The notes under the pieces were generated by a model. The model ran no database searches. It was not told the origin of the DNA and worked only from the letters and a program-made list of their open reading frames with translations. This document shows, piece after piece, positions 8,795 through 18,549 of a stretch of 64,000 nt of DNA. Made by a program: the position numbers and the translations under genes. Source of the DNA: a virus; IMG/VR virus record IMGVR_UViG_3300025617_001208, positions 1-64,000 of that record, one strand, 5' to 3'. Within the stretch, counting starts at the first letter, position 1. The number at the start of each line of letters is the position of its first letter.

Positions 8795-9920
8795 CTATTT
8801 GTCCTAACAATAATTTTATATCTAATGTATTATTTTTTTCTGCATTTTTGTTATTGAGATAGGCTTCAAGTTCTGTTTTGTCAAACGCTTGTGTTCCAAC
8901 TGTATTTATTAAACTATCAAACCATGTATATACTTCGTTCTTATTTAAACACTTTTCATTATTGTGTTCAAATATATTTTTTGCTTGTTCTATATATGTT
9001 TTTAGGTATTTAGGTGCTTTAGAAATACTAAGTTCAATAGGCTGAAGTACAAAATTTGGATTTAAGTAATAAGGTTTATATCCTTTAGTAATATGTTTAA
9101 TATAATTAGGAAAATCTTTGATACTAAGAATATTAACTGTAGGATTATAACTTATACAAAATGTTCTACGATGATGATATAGTGTATTTAAATTATCATT
9201 CCATTGTTTCCAACTAGAACCGTGCCTAATATTTTCAAATACTTTTTTAGTAGCCTCTCCACTAAATCCCCAAACCCAAACCCAGTTAGTTTGTTCCATA
9301 TAATCTAATAATATTGAAATTACACTACTATGCATATTTCCATTACTAGTTGTGATTAACACAATATTTCTGTCATTTGCATTTGTCTGTATAAGTTTTT
9401 GTATAAATTGATGGTAACCTTTACTAAGAGTAGGTTCTCCTCCTAACATGTTTATACGTATTTCTCGTTTTTGAAAAATAATTTCTTTTATATATTCTGT
9501 AGCAATTTCTACATCATTTCTGTCGTGTTTTGTAATATATTGATGTAGTCCTTTTTGTTTTGCTATAGTACTGCTATCAATTTCGCTACAATATAAACAC
9601 CCTAAATTACATACATTATCAAATTTTAATTCTATAAATTCAACTAGCTCGTCAGGAGTTTTATTCAAGTTTATTGATTTATTGTAAATATCTCTATAAG
9701 AAGACCCTGAGTTACTATCATGATTCCAACAATAATTACAATGAAAATGTTTATTTCCTTGTAAACTTTGAGTTCTTCGTTGAATAATTTCAGGACTGTT
9801 GTTTATAAACTCTTTATCTAATTCTGTGTATTTTTCACTTAATGATTTGCAACAATGCTTTATTCGTTTTTCGCCAAAGTCTATGTTAATATCAGTCCAG
9901 CTTTTCGAACATAATGCCAT
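8787..9920 (-). CDS. radical SAM protein with N-terminal twitch domain
   Basis: CNLGCLYC, GGEP; N-term C...CC...CNYC. Confidence 0.9.
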   Translation of the reverse strand: MALCSKSWTDINIDFGEKRIKHCCKSLSEKYTELDKEFINNSPEIIQRRTQSLQGNKHFHCNYCWNHDSNSGSSYRDIYNKSINLNKTPDELVEFIELKFDNVCNLGCLYCSEIDSSTIAKQKGLHQYITKHDRNDVEIATEYIKEIIFQKREIRINMLGGEPTLSKGYHQFIQKLIQTNANDRNIVLITTSNGNMHSSVISILLDYMEQTNWVWVWGFSGEATKKVFENIRHGSSWKQWNDNLNTLYHHRRTFCISYNPTVNILSIKDFPNYIKHITKGYKPYYLNPNFVLQPIELSISKAPKYLKTYIEQAKNIFEHNNEKCLNKNEVYTWFDSLINTVGTQAFDKTELEAYLNNKNAEKNNTLDIKLLLGQIDE

Positions 9921-10710
9921 AATTTAAACTTATTCCTAACTTATAAGTAGCAGATTTTTTAGTTAGTTTTTCTGCCCAGTGGATTCTACAACTATCAAAA
10001 ATAATTAAATTTCCTGGCTTCCATTTATGTTCTGCTTCTATTGATAATTTGTCAAATGTGCTATACGGAACAAAAAATGGCTCGTCTATATGTTCTTTCC
10101 ACCAATTTTGCGATATTGTATTTGTTTCTTCTAAATATTTTACACCATCGTTTTTGTAATCATACGAAAAATAGACACCGCAACTCTTTTGCCGTTCTAT
10201 TTCTTTGTCAATACTATCAATTTTTTCACATCCATTACGCATACGTGTACTTGGACCGTAAAAATATTGATTAGCAGTATAAAGCATTGGATAATCGTTA
10301 GTATCTATTTCAACTGGTACAACAACACTACGAGTTCCTACTATGCCTTTTTTATCATTATCTGCTCTAAAATCTCTATTATCAATATGTACATCATGAG
10401 GAGGATAATTTATGCAAAAAGCAGTATCTCCTATTAACACTTCGTTTGGATCAAGTAAAGGTTCAATGTACTTTTTACTAAATTCTTGTATTATTTGTTG
10501 TGTGTGTACCATCCCATTACGATACCAAAACAAGGTTTTTGGAAACTGATCCGGAATATTTAAATACTCGTATACAAATTTTTTTAAATCTTGTAAAACA
10601 TCTTTGGGTATACAATTTTCAATTGAATAAGATTTGTTTTCGCTGCTAATTAGATTTTCTACTGTAGAATTTAACGCAAATGCATCAGGATGGCTCATTG
10701 GTATTTTCAT
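9892..10710 (-). CDS. putative Fe(II)/2OG oxygenase (paralog of 20931-21755)
   Basis: VHID and WKPGNLIIFDSCRIH. Start moved to ATG 10710. Confidence 0.65.
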   Translation of the reverse strand: MKIPMSHPDAFALNSTVENLISSENKSYSIENCIPKDVLQDLKKFVYEYLNIPDQFPKTLFWYRNGMVHTQQIIQEFSKKYIEPLLDPNEVLIGDTAFCINYPPHDVHIDNRDFRADNDKKGIVGTRSVVVPVEIDTNDYPMLYTANQYFYGPSTRMRNGCEKIDSIDKEIERQKSCGVYFSYDYKNDGVKYLEETNTISQNWWKEHIDEPFFVPYSTFDKLSIEAEHKWKPGNLIIFDSCRIHWAEKLTKKSATYKLGISLNYGIMFEKLD

Positions 10711-11821
10711 GTGTCTTCCTTTTAGGTATTTTACTATCTGCACTACTCACACAACTATCAGTCATACAAGGCATAGGCTTATCAAACAGTTTAAACCCTG
10801 TTTCAATGTTTCCTAGAGGAACATCGTGGCAACTGTAACTGCGCTTTACACTACCATCTGGTTCGCGTATAATGATACCCTGATAGCCGGCGTTGCAGTT
10901 CCAGCCTTTGAATTTGTTAAAGTTAAATGCATTAAAACGTTCTGCTTGATCCATATACCACTTCTTGCCGTCTTTGTCTTCAAACTCTACTTGCATGTGC
11001 CATGGAATACTAGTATCAAGTTTTCCGTCAACTCCAGTAGGTATTTCAAATGTTGGCTTAGGACGTCCTGACCACTTGCGTTTGCTTTCTGTATATGCAC
11101 GTTGTGGCATGCCGTTGTGCAGTCGTTTTAGGTTCTCGTCTGTATACCCATCTACAACTCGACTAGCTGTAGGGTCGCTTTGAGGCTTTAGCGTTACGTT
11201 GATTCCTTGCTCGTGGAAGAACAGGGCGTTTTCCCAATCTCTTTCAAACCAATCTGGTACCATGACCATATTAATGGTAACCTGTACATCGTGCTCCTGA
11301 CAGAAGATTAACTTGTCTGCAAAATCTTGCATCTTCTCAATTGTATTTAAGTGTTCTGTGTGCAAACTTGCTGTAATGCTGGCACGGTGAAATGGCTTAA
11401 CTGCTTCTACATACTTTTCAAACCAGGCCATATTGCGTGACATATTTGTTGTCATATGAACACTAGTATAGTTGGTGTTGTCTACGTCATCAGCCAGATG
11501 TTGTAGAATGTCCAAGTAGCCAGGATGGAAAGTAGGCTCACCACCACTAAGACTAAAATGATAACTATTAAATCCGTTTTCACGTGCTTGCCTCTTTATT
11601 TCATCCATGGTCCGTAAGCAGAGCTCGGTAGGACGGTGGTCTTTACGATCGCTGCGGGCATAAGGCCAACAGTAGGAGCATTTGTAATTGCAGAACCTTC
11701 CAAGGAGCCAACTGACAGTAAATATATCACGATACAACAAGGTACGCTGACCAACACTAACAATATCGTCAAAGGGTATTTTTGTAAAGTCATAGTTTGA
11801 CCATTTTAAATCTTTATTCAT
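10685..11821 (-). CDS. radical SAM protein with C-terminal twitch/SPASM-like domain
   Basis: CNYKCSYC, SGGEP, C-term WNCNAG...SC...LGNI...PC...SC. Confidence 0.9.
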   Translation of the reverse strand: MNKDLKWSNYDFTKIPFDDIVSVGQRTLLYRDIFTVSWLLGRFCNYKCSYCWPYARSDRKDHRPTELCLRTMDEIKRQARENGFNSYHFSLSGGEPTFHPGYLDILQHLADDVDNTNYTSVHMTTNMSRNMAWFEKYVEAVKPFHRASITASLHTEHLNTIEKMQDFADKLIFCQEHDVQVTINMVMVPDWFERDWENALFFHEQGINVTLKPQSDPTASRVVDGYTDENLKRLHNGMPQRAYTESKRKWSGRPKPTFEIPTGVDGKLDTSIPWHMQVEFEDKDGKKWYMDQAERFNAFNFNKFKGWNCNAGYQGIIIREPDGSVKRSYSCHDVPLGNIETGFKLFDKPMPCMTDSCVSSADSKIPKRKTHENTNEPS

Positions 11822-11827
11822 ATCTAT

Positions 11828-11855
11828 ATTATACTACCTTTAGCTATTTTGTCAA
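11828..11855 (-). promoter_or_regulatory. sigma70-like promoter, probably leaderless transcript
   Basis: TTGACA-16 nt-TATAAT-6 nt-ATG(11821). Confidence 0.75.
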
Positions 11856-13124
11856 TCAAATTCTATTGTGTCCAACTGTTGTTAACCAAGGAAATGTTTC
11901 TTGCCAATTTGTGCCTCTACGTTTGTCAAGTTCTGTAAGACGCCATTTAAGCATTTTAATTGCTTCATAATCTGCAGGTGTTTCGTTTATTTCTTTAAAA
12001 ATAGTATCTACATAATCTATATAAGCAGTATTTTTACCTTGATACATAGTTTGATTAAGTTCTTTTAATTGTGCAATTACGTCATCGTAAAACCCTTCGG
12101 GCATAATTTTAGGATCAAACCAATGCGGATCATGGCACCTATTATAGTTTACACTTACATATCTATGTTTATTCCATTCTATTACCTTTTTAACTAATTC
12201 AGGTGTATTTTTTAGACTAAGATTTGTTACAGTCCAATTCATAGTTGGAATAATTTCAGGACATTCGTATATTAAATAATTTATGTTTTCTTCCATTACA
12301 TCCCAGTTGTGAGGAAAACGTATGTATTCACTTTCTTTTCCAACTGTATCAACACTTATTACAAAAACAACTTCTTTAACTGTTTTACTAAGCTCTTTAA
12401 GTTTTTCGCAGCCTCTTTTAAATAACTTAGGCTTAACTTCCATGTTACTATATATTTCTATATCGCATTCAGGGTTAGGGTGGTCGATCATCCAATCAAC
12501 ACAATCCCAAGTTTCTTGTTGTATAAATGGTTCGCCACCTAGTAAATCAAATGCTTTTAAACTACTGTAATTATTTTCCATCCATTTGTAAAATTTTTTT
12601 AATCTGTCTTGATATGTGTTTTCTTTTATATCAACGTCTTTTATAAAACTATGATCAGGTTCGTACTTTTGCATTTCTTTAACCCAGGCACTACTGTATT
12701 GAGGTCCACAGTAAACACATTTTAAATTACATTTGTTATTAAAGTGCATACTTACTTGTGTAGGTTTTATACGTGTTGCTGTTGGATTGTTAAAAAGCTC
12801 TTTTGGAACATATCGTTTATTGTTTTCGTTGCTTAACCATTGCATACGGTCACTAGTACCGCCAATTGCTTCTTGGTCTCTGCAATGCTCGCAGCCCCAG
12901 CCATCGCTTGGCCAATTTCCTTTGAGCATTTTTTCTCTATGTTCTACCCACTTAGGTTCATTGTGAAAATCAAAATTCTCACCTATCGGAGACATGCCAT
13001 TTCTATGACAACTACTACTAGTATTATCCCACAAACTTAATGTAACCTGACTCCATTTAAGTAAACAAGCCTTATTGCCTTGAGCCGGAAACCAATCTGG
13101 ATTTTTCCATTCTTTTTTACTCAT
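11856..13124 (-). CDS. radical SAM protein with N-terminal twitch domain
   Basis: CNLKCVYC, GGEP; N-term ACLLKW...SCH...GCEHC. Confidence 0.9.
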   Translation of the reverse strand: MSKKEWKNPDWFPAQGNKACLLKWSQVTLSLWDNTSSSCHRNGMSPIGENFDFHNEPKWVEHREKMLKGNWPSDGWGCEHCRDQEAIGGTSDRMQWLSNENNKRYVPKELFNNPTATRIKPTQVSMHFNNKCNLKCVYCGPQYSSAWVKEMQKYEPDHSFIKDVDIKENTYQDRLKKFYKWMENNYSSLKAFDLLGGEPFIQQETWDCVDWMIDHPNPECDIEIYSNMEVKPKLFKRGCEKLKELSKTVKEVVFVISVDTVGKESEYIRFPHNWDVMEENINYLIYECPEIIPTMNWTVTNLSLKNTPELVKKVIEWNKHRYVSVNYNRCHDPHWFDPKIMPEGFYDDVIAQLKELNQTMYQGKNTAYIDYVDTIFKEINETPADYEAIKMLKWRLTELDKRRGTNWQETFPWLTTVGHNRI

Positions 13125-14287
13125 ATATACTCTCTTAACTTTAATAGTTTTTCATCTTTTTTCTGTGCAGCAATTTTAATAATCCAATTATCTAATTCTA
13201 GATTATTTTGCTGTTGTGTTCCTATACGTGCTTGTAATTGTTCAAGCCATTTATATGTGTGATTGTACTGTCCTTGATCTAAAAACAAGTCTTTATTTTT
13301 ACGTATTAATTTTAAACATTTTTTAACATGTTTTTTATAAGAGTTATCTAATCGACTTGGGTCAAGTTCGTTTGGCCAATTTACCCAGTTTCCAAAAATT
13401 GCCAGTTTGGTATTTGTTTTTCGTAGTTCAGTAATAGTCCAATCAAAATAATCATACATATGCCTAACTGTAAAAATATTAGGAGTAGGTGCAAGAGTAA
13501 CATTTACTAATCTTGGATGATTGATATAATCTATAAAATTATTTTGAAAACGTTTCCAATCTAATCCGTATCTCACCGATTCTGCTACAATTCCAGTTGC
13601 CTCGTTGCTTATTCCTAAACTTATTCCCCATTTCTCAGGCAAACTATCAAATAAATCAAGTAGTTTTTTTTGATTTTTAGCTGTTGCATTACCGTTAGTG
13701 AGTACACTAAAATTTATTCTACTATCGTAAATAGATTCTTTTTGTAATATAAGTTGCATAAACTTATAAAAGTTTTTGCTGTAACTTATTTCTCCTCCTA
13801 AGAAACTTAAAGGTATAAATTCTTGTTTTAATGCTACAGATTCAAACCAGTTAATAAATGTTTGCATGTGTTCTTCATTAGGAACATTCATTACATGCTT
13901 GTGGCCCAGCTCTTGTGCAATACGACTACTACTAGTTGCATCACAGTATACACATGCCATATCACAAATATTATCAAGTGTAATTTCTATGTTGTTGATA
14001 TTTGTGTTTATACTACTGTTATCAACCCATTTGTTTTTAAAATCTCTATATGCAGTTCCGGTTTCTTTGTAACTATTCCAACAAAACTTACAAGCAGGAT
14101 TTTCTACCCCGGACATTAAGTCTTTCCTAAGAGATTGTATGTGTGTGCTATTGTTAAAAAAGTCTATTGTAACATTCTCAGGAAATGGTTCACGCTCACT
14201 TTTACAACAATGACTTAAAGTCTTTGCACCAAAGTCTACGTTTATATCATACCATGCAGCACTGCACAATGTTTTATTTAATGCCAT
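13121..14287 (-). CDS. radical SAM protein with N-terminal twitch domain
   Basis: CDMACVYC, GGEI; N-term C...HCC...ACKFC; closest paralog is 8787-9920. Confidence 0.9.
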   Translation of the reverse strand: MALNKTLCSAAWYDINVDFGAKTLSHCCKSEREPFPENVTIDFFNNSTHIQSLRKDLMSGVENPACKFCWNSYKETGTAYRDFKNKWVDNSSINTNINNIEITLDNICDMACVYCDATSSSRIAQELGHKHVMNVPNEEHMQTFINWFESVALKQEFIPLSFLGGEISYSKNFYKFMQLILQKESIYDSRINFSVLTNGNATAKNQKKLLDLFDSLPEKWGISLGISNEATGIVAESVRYGLDWKRFQNNFIDYINHPRLVNVTLAPTPNIFTVRHMYDYFDWTITELRKTNTKLAIFGNWVNWPNELDPSRLDNSYKKHVKKCLKLIRKNKDLFLDQGQYNHTYKWLEQLQARIGTQQQNNLELDNWIIKIAAQKKDEKLLKLREYI

Positions 14288-15264
14288 ATTATGTATGACC
14301 CTATATTTTCTTGATTTGATTTGTGATAACTATTATCAGCAGGAATATCTTTTTGATCTTGTATCCTTGGATCAAAATAACTTGTTGCATCTTCGTCTTT
14401 ATAACCTAACCCTAATAGTACTTGTACTTTATGCCCTGGACGGCCTAACGATTCGCTTATGTTAGTAGGTTCTTGTATACATGCACAATATCCAGTACTT
14501 AAACCTCTAGCTTGTGCATTCCATATAATAAAACTGCTTGCAATACCTATTTCTATCATCGATTCCTGCACAGCATTATCATCTGGATTGTGCGAAATAC
14601 GAGGAGTAAATGCAAACAAATACGGTGCAAGAACCTGAGGATTTCCAAAATCTGTTTTTGCATCGTGTTTAGGTTCTCTCCAGCACCATTCAAATATATC
14701 ATGACGTAAATCTTTATTTTTCCAATCTAGTACATCTAAATAATAAGGTGCCCTGTTCTGTTTACTTGGAGCATACATATGCAAATCTAATAAAATGTCT
14801 TCTACTGTCTCTTGAGATACTTTTTTATTACTCCAGGTAAATGTTGTCTTACGTTCCTTTATTAAATCACTAAAGTTTCTAGTATAATTTGCTTCTTCAA
14901 GTTTTACAAAATTATCTTTTAGTAATTGCATTGCTTCTATCATAATTTCAACATCTGTTCTATGATGTTTTAGTAGCTTGTATAATTCGCCTTCGATATA
15001 GGCATAGGTAGCCAGTTCTACTTTGTGATCATATAATACTAACTTTTTATTTTTTACAAATTTATGAGAAATCTCTTTAATACAATTTGCATCTTCGTGC
15101 AAAATACATCTAGCAAGTCCCCACAAAATATATTTTAAATCACGTTTGCATCTATAATGATCTCTAGTTCGCTGCATTGGAAATTTTGTCTTTACAAAAT
15201 TCATTCCCCATTCAGAGATTTCATCTATTCGTTTGTGTAATATATGGTAACCAACTAAGCTCAT
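14278..15264 (-). CDS. nitroreductase-family protein with extra N-terminal helical (phycobiliprotein/globin-like) domain
   Basis: C-term ERKTTFTW, APSKQN, EIGIAS...A.ARGLSTG, LLGLGY; N-term CKRDLKYIL motif. Confidence 0.75.
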   Translation of the reverse strand: MSLVGYHILHKRIDEISEWGMNFVKTKFPMQRTRDHYRCKRDLKYILWGLARCILHEDANCIKEISHKFVKNKKLVLYDHKVELATYAYIEGELYKLLKHHRTDVEIMIEAMQLLKDNFVKLEEANYTRNFSDLIKERKTTFTWSNKKVSQETVEDILLDLHMYAPSKQNRAPYYLDVLDWKNKDLRHDIFEWCWREPKHDAKTDFGNPQVLAPYLFAFTPRISHNPDDNAVQESMIEIGIASSFIIWNAQARGLSTGYCACIQEPTNISESLGRPGHKVQVLLGLGYKDEDATSYFDPRIQDQKDIPADNSYHKSNQENIGSYIIWH

Positions 15265-15282
15265 ATTTTTATATCTCCAAAG

Positions 15283-15298
15283 TATTTAGCACTAAATA
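15283..15298. promoter_or_regulatory. back-to-back TAAATA motifs (divergent late-type promoters)
   Basis: Inverted repeat TATTTAG-CA-CTAAATA between divergent genes. Confidence 0.55.
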
Positions 15299-15327
15299 TA
15301 CGCATATAATGAAGAAAAGGATTCGAC

Positions 15328-16062
15328 ATGTATACAGTTACAGAATGGGGTGTAAGCAACGAACCACCTGAAATATTTGCAGATAGAAATAAGTATCCAG
15401 CAAAGCCAAAATACCCACAAGATTTAAAAAGCTCACGTGATATACACATGAGTGACCAATTAGATTATTTGCCTATTGTAGGATTTGAAGATGCCGAATG
15501 GGAGAAGATGTTACAAGAAGCAAAAAATTTAGAAAAACATTATGTTCCGCATAGACATCACGAAAGTCATAGTGGCTGGAGTAGTTTATGCATACATGGG
15601 TTAAGCAGTGTACATACCGAATCTCATCATACATACGGATATACAGATAGAAAGGACGCTCCTTACAAATGGACCGATGTTGCAGACTGGTGTCCTACAA
15701 TAAGAGATTTTTTTGAAAACCGGTTTGATTACAATCAATATGACAGAATACGTATTATGAAACTATCTCCAGGAGGATGGATTATACCACATAGAGATAG
15801 TGTAACACTTGACGAAAATCATATAGGTCCTACTAATATTGCATTAAACAACCCAGAAGACTGTCACTTTTATATGGATAACATTGGATATTTGCCATGG
15901 GAACAAGGACGCATTATTAAATTAAATTTGTATAATTTGCATTGTGTATACAACTGGAGCAACGAAGATAGATATCATATTATTGCTCACGGCAGACTAG
16001 GAGACGGCTGGAACAAACGTATTGAAGATAGTTATCATCACTGGAGAAAAATTTATGTATAA
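15328..16062 (+). CDS. aspartyl/asparaginyl beta-hydroxylase-like Fe(II)/2OG oxygenase
   Basis: GWSSLCIHG, RIRIMKLSPGGWIIPHRD, HCVYN, DRYHII. Confidence 0.8.
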   Translation: MYTVTEWGVSNEPPEIFADRNKYPAKPKYPQDLKSSRDIHMSDQLDYLPIVGFEDAEWEKMLQEAKNLEKHYVPHRHHESHSGWSSLCIHGLSSVHTESHHTYGYTDRKDAPYKWTDVADWCPTIRDFFENRFDYNQYDRIRIMKLSPGGWIIPHRDSVTLDENHIGPTNIALNNPEDCHFYMDNIGYLPWEQGRIIKLNLYNLHCVYNWSNEDRYHIIAHGRLGDGWNKRIEDSYHHWRKIYV

Positions 16063-17344
16063 CATACAACATGCCGTTGTTGTACCAAAAAATGTAAAAG
16101 AAAACATTAATCGAGATTTATATCAAAGTTGGATGTTGTATTATCAACGTGGACACTATGTAAAACAAAGCGTTGAACAGCATCCATTTGTGTGGGCAGA
16201 AACAGTTGACGATATATTATCAATTGTTTCTCCTAAAAAAACTGAATATTTAATTGTAACTTGGTTTGGGATATATAATCACGACTTTTGGAATGTTCAT
16301 ACACTGTGTATAAAAGACATACAAGATCAAAAAACAGAGTGGAACGTATTGCACAGCAATAACACACCAACAATACAAATTGTTAATTTAAAAAGATGGA
16401 GAGAACAAGGCCAGCCGGCATTTGCAGATTACATAAAAACAAATAGTAAAAAAATTAATCCTGCTATTTCTACAAGTTTACTAGATTCCGAAGCAACACA
16501 AAATCCACAAGCATGGAGCGACGAATTAAATCATTTTACCAAACTACCTATTATCAATACAAATCTTACTGAGCTACTTGTTAAACTTCTTACAACACGA
16601 AATCCAAGGCATGCTAACAACCACGACAAGGGTGTGTTTTTCTTATATAATACAGAAGCTATATGTACGGATAAACAACGTCTAAGGGCGGTACAGGGCG
16701 CTATAAACACGGTTATAGGCCCTTGTAGTATGTTTAAAGCATTTATATTAGGTAGTAAATATATAGACAATGTTGATAACTATTTACACTTTGATATATT
16801 TGATCGTAATTTACAATGGAAAAAACTTATTACTGAAAATTGGGACGGTACTAAAAAAGGATTAACTAAAACACTATCACTTTGTGCAGATGAAGGAGAT
16901 GGCGATTTTAGCTTTTGGAATAATAGCAATGAAAACATTATTGAAAAGCAGTGGAATGTACTATTAAACGAATTAGGAAGTAAGGAACAAATACTTAGAG
17001 CATGGAATATTTACAAAACAAAAAATCATGCATATGCATTAAGTAATATGTTGTTTGACGATAACGAAATTATAAACAAGTTAGAACAATTTAATATTAC
17101 AGGAATATATCATGCAATAGGAGATATACCCGGTTTTAGAAGTAATGCATTACAGTTTGGATTACAACAAATAAATCAATTAACTAAAAGTCATCTAACT
17201 AGAGTTGCTAAAATAAATAACAATCTTTATGCAGATATAAAAGTTCCTGCGTCAGATTTACAAAAGTTTAAAAAATACAACGAAATCATTGACGATTTAC
17301 AAAACGATTATAACGAATTTTCGTTCGAAGAGTATTCAGAATAA
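16055..17344 (+). CDS. hypothetical protein (paralog of 25049-26410; possible transferase)
   Basis: Start moved to ATG 16055 (GGAG). Shares F..YNT(E/D), FD/AD and WDG motifs with 25049-26410. Confidence 0.7.
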   Translation: MYNIQHAVVVPKNVKENINRDLYQSWMLYYQRGHYVKQSVEQHPFVWAETVDDILSIVSPKKTEYLIVTWFGIYNHDFWNVHTLCIKDIQDQKTEWNVLHSNNTPTIQIVNLKRWREQGQPAFADYIKTNSKKINPAISTSLLDSEATQNPQAWSDELNHFTKLPIINTNLTELLVKLLTTRNPRHANNHDKGVFFLYNTEAICTDKQRLRAVQGAINTVIGPCSMFKAFILGSKYIDNVDNYLHFDIFDRNLQWKKLITENWDGTKKGLTKTLSLCADEGDGDFSFWNNSNENIIEKQWNVLLNELGSKEQILRAWNIYKTKNHAYALSNMLFDDNEIINKLEQFNITGIYHAIGDIPGFRSNALQFGLQQINQLTKSHLTRVAKINNNLYADIKVPASDLQKFKKYNEIIDDLQNDYNEFSFEEYSE

Positions 17345-18549
17345 TTATCAAACAAATTAGTGCCGTGATAGTTATCTAATGCGGCACTATAATCTAAAAA
17401 TATCTGCCACTTATTGTTTCTATCTTCACTGTTCATATAATTTAGTGTATTAGTAGCAAATTTTTTAATTCTATCTAATTGTTTTTGAGGTTTTACCTTA
17501 TTACTTACACTTTTTATATATTCTTCAGCTTCGTTATTGTACCATACCCAAAATTCTTCTGTAATTGAGTCCTTTAAATGCTGAGGTAATAGTTTAATGT
17601 TTAATGCTTCAGGATATTGTACTAAACTTGAATGAAAATATACATCCAAACTACAAAAATACTTTACAATATTGGTAAATCTAGTTATATTATATAAATT
17701 TACTGTGCAGGTTGCACTAATATCAGTATTTGTTAATGTACTATTTAAAATTTTAATATTTTCTTCTACTTTGTCTAAGTTTCCTGCGGCTCGTACATAC
17801 TCATAGCAACTTGGATCGCCGTCTATACTTACACGCAACCATATTTCTTTAAAATTTTTCCATAAATCTAATACACTTTTACCTTTGTATTCTAAAATAT
17901 TTAAATTTGTATTATAACTTAATCTAATATTTTTTGCATAAGGTTGCATATCTTCTAAGAATTTGTAATGTTTGTCATGATACAACGGCTCGCCACCAGC
18001 AATCATTATTTCTTCTAAGTTTGGAGCAAGTTCATTTGCTATTTCGTCTACCATTTCTTGTGTTAAACTAACATGTTTAATATCTTTTCTGTATGTACCG
18101 TATTCTACCATTTTATCAAGTAGTGCCGAATCACGTTTTACAGCTTGTTCCCATACACTACTAAAGTCTGGACTACAATGTCTACACATAAGATTACATA
18201 TATTATCAAATCGTATTTCTACACTTCTAATATATTTTGTAGGAAAACTGTAATCACTTCCGACGTTTTCTTTAACAAACTTTTCGTTAACATAAGGAAA
18301 AGTTTGACTACATTGCTGTCTAGTACTAACACTACCACTTTTTTCCATATCCCAGCAACTACGACAACCGTTATTTTGTACTCCATTTAACAAGTCATTT
18401 CTAACTTGTTTTACTTCATTACCGTTCCATATGTCTTGTAATTTTTGTGTACGATAATCACCAAGTTTGTCAGGAAATCTCCAACAAGCACTAACTTTGC
18501 CTTCTTGTTTAATATTAAGATGTGTAAAAGGCATGGGACAAAATGTCAT
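17308..18549 (-). CDS. radical SAM protein with N-terminal twitch domain
   Basis: CNLMCRHC, AGGEP, SIDG; N-term FCPMPF...SACW...GCRSC. Confidence 0.9.
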   Translation of the reverse strand: MTFCPMPFTHLNIKQEGKVSACWRFPDKLGDYRTQKLQDIWNGNEVKQVRNDLLNGVQNNGCRSCWDMEKSGSVSTRQQCSQTFPYVNEKFVKENVGSDYSFPTKYIRSVEIRFDNICNLMCRHCSPDFSSVWEQAVKRDSALLDKMVEYGTYRKDIKHVSLTQEMVDEIANELAPNLEEIMIAGGEPLYHDKHYKFLEDMQPYAKNIRLSYNTNLNILEYKGKSVLDLWKNFKEIWLRVSIDGDPSCYEYVRAAGNLDKVEENIKILNSTLTNTDISATCTVNLYNITRFTNIVKYFCSLDVYFHSSLVQYPEALNIKLLPQHLKDSITEEFWVWYNNEAEEYIKSVSNKVKPQKQLDRIKKFATNTLNYMNSEDRNNKWQIFLDYSAALDNYHGTNLFDNYSEYSSNENSL

